64,000 bases of DNA from Octopus vulgaris (Eukaryota): contig OX597816.1 in the NCBI GenBank assembly GCA_951406725.2, positions 98,518,001-98,582,000 on the forward strand. Reading direction: 5' to 3'. The notes below the pieces were generated by a model that was not told the origin of the DNA, searched no databases, and saw only the letters and a list, made by a program, of their open reading frames with translations. This document shows positions 1 through 9,949 of the stretch, in pieces. Position numbers and translations under genes: made by a program. The first letter of the stretch is position 1. Each line of letters begins with the position of its first letter.

Positions 1-660
1 TCTGACCATCTGAAATTAGGTAAGTTGAAGTCACCCTTCAGAAATGCGTTAATGCATTGATCTAGATTTTTACTACTTATTTTATAATTGTAAGGCTCTC
101 TTCAAATTAACCATCGTAATTTGATGCATCGGGCTGGCAATAAATTTTTTGTGTTACCACATCAGATACTTAAAATGCGTTATGAGTGTGTCACAGACGG
201 AGTTTGAATGCAAAAATTGGTTAAATGTTTTAACGTCTTTGCAGGTGCACAACGCAACTCCACCATGACTTATTTCTCTTTTGTCTGAACGGAATACAGC
301 ATACAGTGCTTTGTGTGTCTCTGCATCTTTTATGTCTACAGATGAATGTCTCTCCTCAAGTGCAATGCATTTTTTCATCTGCTGTCACTTCGAAGAAGAT
401 ATCTGATATTTATCAAATGAATTGGTGTGATGGTCGGCTTTACATCAATTGTAATCATCTTTGATCTATTATTTGCGGCGATTTTCTGTGAAGGTGTAAA
501 TGGCTTAGTTTTGTTTGCAACCACGCCTGCTGCTGCAGTGCGCACTGCATTTGCATATAACGTTTTAGTGGTTTCTTCATCGCAGATGTTTATTGAGATA
601 CGAGTTCATCTGGGTGAAGTTTTATCGTATTTTGCTGAAGTAAAGGGTGAATTTTGCCAT
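1..660 (-). pseudogene. Decayed LINE (CR1/L2-like) APE endonuclease region, cut off by the window start
   Basis: The minus strand gives IKDAETH..VFRSDKREISHGGVAL (FRxDR..GGV motif) and NAFLKGDFNLPNFRW (GDFN motif, about 1-55), with stops and frameshifts. Confidence 0.65.
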
Positions 661-2547
661 GGGATCCTTTTTACCCGAGCTTTGGATGAACACACATACA
701 TGCACAGACATATACGCATACATTGTATGCCTCTCTAAGCGTATGTACGTGCTAATAGTTTTCATACAGTTATATCAAGGGTGTGTGTAGACCTCAGATA
801 GAGAACGAAAGCCATTTCAATCAGGAATGCTCTTTTGGCATTTGTTCTGCATCGAGATACATATTTACAGCTTCTTGGGCGGAGTCACGGCAGCAGAAAT
901 ATCCTGAATTAATGAATGTTCTAGTAGATAGTAATGAACAATACAAAACAACAGCATCTACTTATTCATACTTCATATCGCAGTTTCACGGCAGCAAATC
1001 TGAAATCCGATGATGCTGTCAGGTATTTTCTACAAGCAAAATACTTTACAACCATGTGTTGAGTGAAATTCACTACAAACTTGGTTATCTAACCTCACAT
1101 CAAAACAAATATGAATATACGCACATGCGCACACACATACACAGTACATATATGCATATGTATGTGTGTGCATGTGTGCGCGCGAATGCAGTGATTCATC
1201 TATTTTGCCTTTCCTGTGCAGAATTTGAATAATGTAACTATGGCATTGGTGACAGACCTTATGTTTAAAAGTAACTCTAAGGTTATTGTTTAACACATAC
1301 ACACACACACACACATATATATATGTATGTTTGTATATATGTGTATATATATGTGTGTGTGTGTATATGTATGTAGGCATGTCTATATGCATATATTCAT
1401 GTATATATATACCCATATAGATATATACACACACACACTCACATATATTTACATAGATACAGCACGTATAATACATGTATATAAATATGTATGGAGCAGG
1501 TCTATACATATATTCATATATTCTTTGACATTTTGTAGCATAACATATCTGGGGAGAATCGTAACATTTAATTGATGCTCATTTCCAATAATGTACCCAG
1601 ACTAGTCTTTCTAGTTGCTGTCGAGAAAACAAATATATTTAACTTGGCAGATTAAATCCCAGTTCAGTTATATAAATCATCTCTCCGATCGCATCACCGC
1701 TTTAAACATTACACACAAGCAAATCATTTTTCTGCTTTGCTAATGTAATATGACCGATCAGATTGACGTGAGTTTTTACTGCGATTGGAGACTTTGCTAT
1801 CACAGAGACTCATATGCAAACACATAGGATGCTTATATTTGTGTGTGTATGTGTGTGTGTGTGCGCGCGTGTTTGTGCGTGTGTGTACATATTTACGCGT
1901 GTATATGGGAGTGTGTCGGTCTGCTTGTACGTGCTTATATGCACATTAACATGCATACCAATATTTATTTAAAAAGATAACGTTCAGCTAATATAGAGTA
2001 AGATATATATTTTAAACAAAAACAAAATACGTTTACGGTTAACTATGTTAATGAATGACAATCAGTATTGGCTTTTCGTTTTTCGAAGAAGATTTAGTTA
2101 TACATATTTTATAATCTCGCCATTGGCACAGTCGTATCGACACTACGAATATATATGGAAATTTGCATACTATTAAACACAGCAATGTGTTTATCTGTAA
2201 TAGTTTGCTTGGTTGTTCAGAAGAAAACTTTGACTTATAGAATAAAATAGTCATTATTTAACTAGTCATGTAATTAGAGTGATTTATCTTACATTATTGT
2301 TGATAATGGCACAGAGTTAATGCTTCTGCAATGGGGAACCGTGCAGTCTTTCAGCAAAAGCACACACACACACACCCTCACATATATATATATATATATA
2401 ATATATATATATATATGCCTATGCACACTAAGAAATATATATAAGTGTTTGGTGTTGTTGCTTATACATGTACATACATATATATATATATATATATATG
2501 AAAAAACAAGTCAAAAATAGAAAATGCTAAAATAATTTTATAGTGAA

Positions 2548-2595
2548 CATTTCAGTACCGGTTTCGGTCATTTTGAGACCTTTTCAACTGTAACG
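2548..2595 (-). ncRNA. Minimal type I hammerhead ribozyme, U3-A8 core variant
   Basis: Minus strand: CAG-UUGAAAA-GGUC(UCAAAAU)GACC-GAAA-CCGG-UA-CUG. Stem I is CAG/CUG and extendable, stem II is GGUC/GACC, stem III is the palindrome ACCGGU, and the cleavage triplet is GUA. Confidence 0.8.
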
Positions 2596-2939
2596 ATTAA
2601 ATAATTAAATTTAGAAAAATTAGAAGAAAAGTTTTTTTAAAAGAATATTTCTATAGTAGTGTTCAGATTTAAGTGGCATTCTGCCTTTCTCTGACTCCCT
2701 TGTTTGCACTTGTGTGTTCGAGGTCGTTGTGAGTTCTTGGAAGTGTAGTAGAGGAAGAAGGCTGGTGGGGAAAGGGGGATGGGAGAATCTGGGAGTGCCC
2801 TGATGGTCGTATTTTGAATGGTCAGTGGCGGCTGGCAGTCTCAGTTCAATTCAGGAGAATATTTATATTGACAGGCTTGTTTATAGAATTAGCGTGGGTG
2901 TTATACTAAAAAACATTAGTGACAAAGTTAAGGGGTAGG

Positions 2940-3203
2940 GGGTGGAGAAGTAGAAGAAGAAGAAGAAGAAGAAGAAGAAGAAGAAGAAGAAGAAGAAGAA
3001 GAAGGAGAAGGAGAAGATGACGATGATGGTGGTGGTGGTGATGATTATGACGACGATGATGATGATAATGATGATGAAGAAAAAGAAGAAGAAGGAGGAG
3101 AAGGAGAAGATGGTGGTGATGAAGGTGGTGATGATGATGACGACGATGATGATGATAATGATGATGATGAAGAAGAAGAAGAGGATGAAGAAGAAGAAAA
3201 AAA
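2940..3203. repeat. Compound (GAA)/(GAT)/(GGT) microsatellite inside the PLE 3' UTR
   Basis: Seen directly; the counterpart at about 7325-7653 has a much longer (GAA)n. Confidence 0.9.
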
Positions 3204-3330
3204 CAGAGAAGGGGGAATATGAATGGGTGTAAGTATAGCTATGAAGGGGCTGATTAGTAATGGATTCTATGGAGTGTAATATTTGTGTGTGTATATATAT
3301 TTTTTTCTTTTATTCTAAAGTTGAGGTATA

Positions 3331-5484
3331 TCAATTGTTTGTCGTAGACCCGTTTAGAAGTGGCTTGTATTTTGTAATAAAGAGATTTTCTTTACTTATT
3401 CGTTGTCTCGAGGTTGTATCGTCCCTAAATTGGTAGAGGGGGAAAATTCTGAAGTTTGGTGTTTTTTTGTTGGCGCAAGTATCTATGTGTTGGCTAAAAG
3501 CTATTTTTCTGTTTTGGGGAATTTTTATCTGGGATCTGTGCAGGGCCATTCGTTTACGCAAACCATTTTTTGTTTGGCCTATGTACTGCTCTTGACACCC
3601 GGAGCAGGTTAGTGAGTATATTAGGTTCTCCGAAGCACATGTGAAGTTGCTTTTCACTGTAAACCGTTGTCCCTGCTTGAAGGAGAACTCTGATCCCTCA
3701 ATTAGATAGTCGCATATCCCGCAATTGGGTCTTCCACATTTTTTTACTGTCGGCTTCTGTGTTGAGGAGTGAATTCGGGCTTGTGTAAGGAGACTTTTCA
3801 TGGATCTAGGCTGTCTTTTGCTTTTTATGATCGTGTGTGTTTGGAGGATTGTGTTCATTCTGTGGTCTTTTTTTAGGAGGGGTATGTTGTGGAGGATGGT
3901 GTCGAAGGCTTCGTTATTGAGAGGGTTGTGTGTGGAGATGTATGGTAAGGCTTTTGGTTGTAAGTTTTTCTTTGATTTGGGATGTCTCAGTTCCTTGATG
4001 TTAAGTTGAAGGGCACGTTGAATGCACTTGTCAATAAGTGAAGGTGGATAGTTCCTGGTGATTAGGGTATCTTTTAGTTCTTGTAGTCGTGTGTCTCTGG
4101 TATTTGCGTTAGAGACTATAGTGCATATCCTTTTTGCTAGATTGAAGGGGATATTCATCCTGGTGTGTCTGGGGTGGCATGAATTGAATGGAAGATATTG
4201 CTTAGAGTCTGTAGGCTTATAGTATATGTCTGTTTCTATTATATTATTAGCTTTCTTAATGAGGATATCGAGGAAGGGGAGTTGTTGTTGGCTATATTCC
4301 ATCGTGAATTGGATGTTTACGTCCAGTCCGTTTAAAATTTTATGGAATTCTATGAGTTTTTCTATATTTTTATGCCAAAGGATGAAACAGTCATCTAGAT
4401 ATCTCTTCCAGTTGTTTTCTATGTAGATGGAAAAAGGGCTGCCATATCTTTCTAGAACCTTACGATACAGACTGATCTCTAGGTATCCTATGACTAGGTT
4501 GGCAAAGGAGGGGGCCATTCGTGTACCCATCGCAGTCCCCGATTTTTGTCGGTAGAAGTTGTCATTGAAGGCGAAGAAGTTATTTTCCAGGATGAATTTG
4601 ACCCCTTCTATCACAAATTCTTTTTTGATGCGGTGTGGTAGTTCGTTGGCGTGATTCTCTAGCCAGAATTGGATTGCCTCTAGTCCTAGGTTGTGGGGGA
4701 TATTGGAGTAGAGGTTGACTACATCGAAGGATACCAGTACGGTGTTTTTGTTTATAGTATTCGGTAGGTGATTGAGCATATCTAAGTCGTCCCTTATATA
4801 GCTTTTGACATGTTTGAGGAGTGGTTTTAACAGGGTGTCTAAAAAGTTACTGAGGCGGTGGGTTTCGCATGCGGGACCTGCTATTATGGGTCTCAATTTG
4901 AGGTCATTAGGATTAGGGACTTTAATTATTTTGTCTGTAGCTATCTTGCATGCGTTGATTATTTTTTCACTTTTGTGGATCTTAGGTATACCGTAGAATT
5001 GGCTAGTTTTACTTGTGAAATTGGTCATATAATCATATTCTTTGTCGGTGAGCCCTGCTTTGTATGGGTTTAATATGGATTTTAGTTCCCTCATTATTTT
5101 TTGTTGACTGTAGTTTTGTGCCTTTTCATAGTATGTTGTGTCTTCCAGCATAGAAAGTACCAAAGTTATGTAAAATGTCGTATCCATTAAGACAACAGCA
5201 CTCCCTTTATCGGCCTCTTTGATTGTTATTGTGTTATCTAGTTTTAATTTGTTCAACTCAGCCCATTCTTTTTTGCTGAAGTTTGGTTTGTGTTTTTGTT
5301 TGTGCATATGTTGATATGGGTAATTTGATATGTGGTCACAGAAATCATCAAGTGTTTTATTCTTACCTTTCGAGGGGGTGTAGTTACTCCTATTTCTGGC
5401 TAACGATTCGTCCTCGTTGTATTTATCGTATAGCTCCTCAGTAAGTCTTAATTTTCTGCAGAATTCTGCGATGTCTTCTTTCAT
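3331..5484 (-). CDS. PLE pol: reverse transcriptase + GIY-YIG endonuclease (frame is open upstream to about 5685 without an AUG)
   Basis: 717-aa intact ORF with ADKG, FYGIPKIHK, LRPII, SFDVVNLY, GTAMG, RYLDD, LPFLD, SCHP, CGRPNCGIC linker, NLIYSLTCSGCQEQYIGQT and CCHH histidines. The conserved IINLTHKELT..LSKGLKFTP motif is in frame but upstream of the first ATG. Confidence 0.95.
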   Translation of the reverse strand: MKEDIAEFCRKLRLTEELYDKYNEDESLARNRSNYTPSKGKNKTLDDFCDHISNYPYQHMHKQKHKPNFSKKEWAELNKLKLDNTITIKEADKGSAVVLMDTTFYITLVLSMLEDTTYYEKAQNYSQQKIMRELKSILNPYKAGLTDKEYDYMTNFTSKTSQFYGIPKIHKSEKIINACKIATDKIIKVPNPNDLKLRPIIAGPACETHRLSNFLDTLLKPLLKHVKSYIRDDLDMLNHLPNTINKNTVLVSFDVVNLYSNIPHNLGLEAIQFWLENHANELPHRIKKEFVIEGVKFILENNFFAFNDNFYRQKSGTAMGTRMAPSFANLVIGYLEISLYRKVLERYGSPFSIYIENNWKRYLDDCFILWHKNIEKLIEFHKILNGLDVNIQFTMEYSQQQLPFLDILIKKANNIIETDIYYKPTDSKQYLPFNSCHPRHTRMNIPFNLAKRICTIVSNANTRDTRLQELKDTLITRNYPPSLIDKCIQRALQLNIKELRHPKSKKNLQPKALPYISTHNPLNNEAFDTILHNIPLLKKDHRMNTILQTHTIIKSKRQPRSMKSLLTQARIHSSTQKPTVKKCGRPNCGICDYLIEGSEFSFKQGQRFTVKSNFTCASENLIYSLTCSGCQEQYIGQTKNGLRKRMALHRSQIKIPQNRKIAFSQHIDTCANKKTPNFRIFPLYQFRDDTTSRQRISKENLFITKYKPLLNGSTTNN

Positions 5485-5621
5485 TTCATTGTAGTTGGGG
5501 TGTTGTGGGGTGGGTGTAAACTTGAGTCCTTTGGAAAGTATGTTTATTTGGTTTGCTGTTAGTTCCTTGTGAGTTAGATTAATAATTTTTATTACTTTTG
5601 GTTCCTCCTGCTTGTTTGGTG

Positions 5622-6818
5622 CTATCTTGTGTCTCTGTGTTTGCGTATTGGGTCTAAAAAATGAATGCGGTGGTTGGGACGGTAGCTAGTATATAGTTGT
5701 TCTTTGTTGATTAGGGGTCTCCTGTTGTGATTTATGGTGTGTGTTCTTGGAGCAGTATTGAGGAGAGCATCCCGATATCCCATATTCGGGTGTGGTGTTC
5801 TAGGAGTCCTTCGTTGGTAATCATTGCAAGTGGTGTGGGTTTGTTGTGCATGGTTGTTTAACCGGTTAATGGGACGAAGATTTCGTTGGTAACTCCTTTG
5901 GGTGGGGATGAGGTTGCAGTGTCTATGCTGTGGGTGTTGATTTATCCTTTCTCTGCTTGAAGTGGCGGTATTCCTGATATTGTATCGCTGGCTGCTTACA
6001 GAGTTAGGGTTAGGTCCTGTATTCTTTTTTTGATAGTGGTGAAGGTTCCGATTTTTAGACAGGTGTGTATCGGTGTTTGGGTGTTGTTTTGGTTTTCTTA
6101 TTTTCTGGAAAGGGTTGTTGGAGGCGTGCTCTGTTTGAAAGACGGCTTTGGAGAGATTTTAGTTCTTCTTTTTCACAGTCCTCTTTCCATAGTTTGGAGA
6201 ACTTCTCTTGATCTGGGCCTTGGGTCATTTTGCGAATTTCTTCGTTGATATCTTCATCGGTGGATTCTATTTTATCCTCATTCGTTTGGTCCCTCAATTT
6301 AAGAAGTTCTATTTCCATTTTCATTTTTTCCAGTGCCATTCTCTCCCTGAGGTGTCTTTGAGTTTCAGGTTCTTCTGTAATAGCTTTGAACTGGAATTTA
6401 CGTGGGAGGATTAACGGGGTCCGGTTGAGCCATTTTTCGTATATATCCGCTTTGTTGTTGTTTTGGATCATCTTCCAAAAGGCGAACTTTCTATCTCTGA
6501 GTGCTTTGTTCCATTGTGGTATTATGTGGTGTTTCATTTGGTATGTTGTTAGAGTATTGATCCCATATATTGACGCGTTTGGAGGTCCTTGGTTAGCGTT
6601 GTTAGAGAAAAATGTTCTAATTGTTTCGCATAAGTTTCCAAGGTTTTCGACAATTTCGGAGGTTGTATTTTTCGTATCTGTTTCTTCATTGTTCTCTCGA
6701 TTGGGTTGAAGTGTCGAGTCGAATTTGTTAAAAAAGTTGACAAATTTGTGTTGATTTTCTTGAGTTCTTTCAGTATTTCTTCGTTTATGGAGGTGATTGT
6801 GTCTGTTTTTGTCGGCAT
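5622..6818 (-). pseudogene. PLE ORF1 (~395 aa reconstructed; helical/coiled-coil N-half, basic R/N/H/Q-rich disordered C-half), broken by two frame changes
   Basis: ATG at 6818 (MPTKT..). A -1 shift at about 6730 enters the frame of ORF 6055-6537. A second shift at about 6150 enters an open frame FQTEHASNN...RIHFLDPIRKHRDTR* ending at TAG 5624-5622. Translated by hand. Confidence 0.7.
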
Positions 6819-6877
6819 TTTCTGTATCTCGTGTGGGTTAATGATATGTATAAGGGTGAAAAGGAACACACGAGTTG

Positions 6878-8235
6878 ATATATATGAAAAAACAAGTCAA
6901 AAATAGAAAATGCTAAAATAATTTTATAGTGAACATTTCAGTACCGGTTTCGGTCATTTTGAGACCTTTTCAACTGTAACGATTAAATAATTAAATTTAG
7001 AAAAATTAGAAGAAAAGTTTTTTTAAAAGAATATTTCTATAGTAGTGTTCAGATTTAAGTGGCATTCTGCCTTTCTCTGACTCCCTTGTTTGCACTTGTG
7101 TGTCGGAGGTCGTTGTGAGTTCTTGGAAGGGTAGTAGAGGAAGAAGGCTGGTGGGGAAAGGGGGATGGGAGAATCTGGGAGTGCCCTGATGGTCGTATTT
7201 TGAATGGTCAGTGGCGGCTGGCAGTCTCAGTTCAATTCAGGAGAATATTTATATTGACAGGCTTGTTTATAGAATTAGCGTGGGTGTTATACTAAAAAAC
7301 ATTAGTGACAAAGTTATGTGGTAGGGGGTGGAGAAGTAGAAGAAGAAGAAGAAGAAGAAGAAGAAGAAGAAGAAGAAGAAGAAGGAGAAGGAGAAGATGA
7401 CGATGATGGTGGTGGTGGTGATGATTATGACGACGATGATGATGATAATGATGATGATGAAGAAGAAGTAGAAGAAGAAGGAGGAGAAGGAGAAGATGGT
7501 GGTGATGATGGTGGTGATGATGATGACGACGATGATGATGATAATGATGATGATGAAGAAGAAGAAGAAGAAGAAGAAGAAGAAGAAGAAGAAGAAGAAG
7601 AAGAAGAAGAAGAAGAAGAAGAAGAAGAAGAAGAAGAAGAAGAAGAAAAAAAAACAGAAAAGGGGGAATATGAATGGGTGTAAGTATAGCTATGAAGGGG
7701 CTGATTAGTAATGGATTCTATGGAGTGTAATATTTGTGTGTGTATATATATTTTTTTCTTTTATTCTAAAGTTGAGGTATATTAATTGTTTGTCGTAGAC
7801 CCGTTTAGAAGTGGCTTGTATTTTGTAATAAAGAGATTTTCTTTACTTATTCGTTGTCTCGAGGTTGTATCGTCCCTAAATTGGTAGAGGGGGAAAATTC
7901 TGAAGTTTGGTGTTTTTTTGTTGGCGCAAGTATCTATGTGTTGGCTAAAAGCTATTTTTCTGTTTTGGGGAATTTTTATCTGGGATCTGTGCAGGGCCAT
8001 TCGTTTACGCAAACCATTTTTTGTTTGGCCTATGTACTGCTCTTGACACCCGGAGCAGGTTAGTGAGTATATTAGGTTCTCCGAAGCACATGTGAAGTTG
8101 CTTTTCACTGTAAACCGTTGTCCCTGCTTGAAGGAGAACTCTGATCCCTCAATTAGATAGTCGCATATCCCGCAATTGGGTCTTCCACATCTTTTTACTG
8201 TCGGCTTCTCTGTTGAGGAGTGAATTCGGGCTTGT
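6878..8235 (-). repeat. 5' pseudo-LTR (GIY-YIG-coding end plus 3' UTR of the upstream partial copy)
   Basis: ORF 7782-8235 repeats the last ~150 aa of pol with 2 amino-acid changes; the microsatellite length differs between the copies. Confidence 0.93.
6934..6981 (-). ncRNA. Minimal type I hammerhead ribozyme, U3-A8 core variant (second copy)
   Basis: Identical to 2548-2595. Confidence 0.8.
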
Positions 8236-8259
8236 ATATATATATATATATATATATAC

Positions 8260-8405
8260 ATTACTTATATTACGTAGAATTGACGGATGTTTATCCTCAT
8301 CTTGTTTGTTAACACAACGTTTCGGCTGATATACCCTCCAGTCTTCATCAGGTGTCTTGGGGAAATTTCGACCCTGGGTTCTCATTTCTAAGGTATTTTT
8401 CGGCG
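8260..8405 (-). mobile_element. ~140-bp repeat module containing a hammerhead (probable PLE 3' tail), next to (TAA)n
   Basis: Homologous to 12581-12720 (+) and 45881-45955 (-). Confidence 0.75.
8311..8356 (-). ncRNA. Minimal hammerhead ribozyme with canonical CUGAUGA core
   Basis: GACAC-CUGAUGA-A-GACUG(GAGGGUAUAU)CAGCC-GAAA-CG-UU-GUGUU. Stem II has one mismatch, and stem III is the palindrome AACGUU. Confidence 0.7.
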
Positions 8406-8414
8406 TTGTTGTTG

Positions 8415-8476
<62 letters not shown>

Positions 8477-8479
8477 GTA

Positions 8480-8554
<75 letters not shown>

Positions 8555-8567
8555 GTTGTTGTTGTTG

Positions 8568-8618
<51 letters not shown>
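8406..8618. repeat. (TTA)n/(TTG)n microsatellite
   Basis: Seen directly. Confidence 0.95.
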
Positions 8619-8664
8619 GGAAGTAGGTGGTTACTTCCTTAATTTTTTTATCATGTGTTTAATT

Positions 8665-9070
8665 GTTGTGTTACAATAAAAGGCATGTTTACATATTCTA
8701 TTATTCAGAGAAGAAGGAAAGATGAAATGTTCATACAAAATTGGAGATATTAAAGTTCCTAAATATTTTGAGGTGTTCGTTTGTATGTCCGTTCAGAGAA
8801 GACTGGGGTGTTTTTTGCAATAAAAAAGGAAGTTTACATTTTCGAATATTCAGGGAAAAAAGAACAGAAAGAAACTGAAGGAAAATCTTTTCAAAGAAAA
8901 TTGTAGATATTAAAGATTTAAAATTTACTGGAGATGATTTTTTTTGTCTGTCCGAATAGAAAAAACTGTAGTGTTCTTACAATAAAGGGGATGTTTACAT
9001 TTTCTAATACTCAGGTGGAAAGGAAAGGTTAGGTATTCACAGAAGTTGTAGATATTAAAGGTTTTAAAGC
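8665..9070. repeat. Degenerate tandem repeat, ~3 units of ~145-160 bp
   Basis: TTRCAATAAARRG..GTTTACAT..TCAG...GATATTAAAG recurs from about 8671, 8815 and 8976. Confidence 0.7.
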
Positions 9071-9949
9071 TGAGCGTTTATGTGTTTGAAAGCTGTATAT
9101 ATGCAAGTTCCTTAACTTATTTTGAGGGAAATTCAAAGTACTCACAGGAAACTGTTGATATTTCATTATTTTAGATTTATTTTTCAATTGTTTTGCTGGA
9201 TTGTATTAGTGTCTCTGCGTCTTCAGCTCCTGACAGGTCAGAGCAGCGAAAAACACGACCAGCCGCTATCACGTCCAGCCATTATCATGGGTTTTTTCTA
9301 CCAGTAATTACAAATAGAGCAGGTTGAATTGTTTCTTTTCAATGCTGAAGTAGCGCTCTCAGTGGTTCTGGTAGCAGTAAACACATTTAAACTCTTCTGA
9401 CCAAAAAGGTGCGAAGATTCTTTTGTCTCTATGGCCGACCTCCCCATCATCAGCCATGATCTATTCACAAAGCTGCTACTCAACTATTTCCATCAACAAC
9501 CACATATTAATGATTATCTTAATTACAAGACATATGTTGATAATAAAGAACATTTAGCAATGTCTTTTAATAATAAATTGAAATAGTAATAATGATAATA
9601 AAAATGGGAGTGGTGGTAATGGTGATAATGATAAAAATAAAAATAATGTGCTGCAGCTGCTAATAATAAAACTACTACAATTATGATAGTACAGAAATAT
9701 GAGGCCCAACTTCCACCCTTACCAATACACCACCCCAGCGACTGTTGCCTCAGGAATATGAGGCCCAGATACCACCCTTACCACTATCCCTACTGTTACT
9801 ATCACCATGCTTCTACTACACCTAAAAGGAGTAATATCAGTTGTATCAGTGATGATAATAATAATTATGGACTGATTAATGATATATCAAGTGATGGTGT
9901 CACAATAAAAACACTGGTAATTGTGCAACCTGATAATCACTACCTCATA

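Larger units (their letters stand above)
2492..3784 (-). repeat. 3' pseudo-LTR of the PLE
   Basis: Near-identical to 6878-8235; offset is 4386 at the left end. Confidence 0.93.
2492..8235 (-). mobile_element. Penelope-like retroelement with C-terminal GIY-YIG (Neptune/Nematis-like Cys linker); partial tandem forming pseudo-LTRs
   Basis: RT + GIY-YIG ORF; direct repeat 2492-3784 = 6878-8235; both ends abut (TA)n; one hammerhead in each repeat. Confidence 0.95.

Noticed and set aside
1030-1575. ORFs rich in YI/CV/HT (also at 12857-13245, 16758-17128, 17732-18060, 61770-62102 and others)
   Set aside because: They are translations of (TA)n/(CA)n microsatellites, which lack stop codons.
3403-5073. 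Short plus-strand ORFs inside the PLE
   Set aside because: They are antisense shadows of pol with no motifs.
3331-5484. Selenoprotein or Naiad-type PLE
   Set aside because: The endonuclease is C-terminal and there are no in-frame internal TGA codons.
7318-7708. Poly-E/D and poly-K ORFs (also poly-I/L/Y ORFs at 8149-8626, 12013-12712 and 45866-46780)
   Set aside because: They are trinucleotide repeats, not genes.
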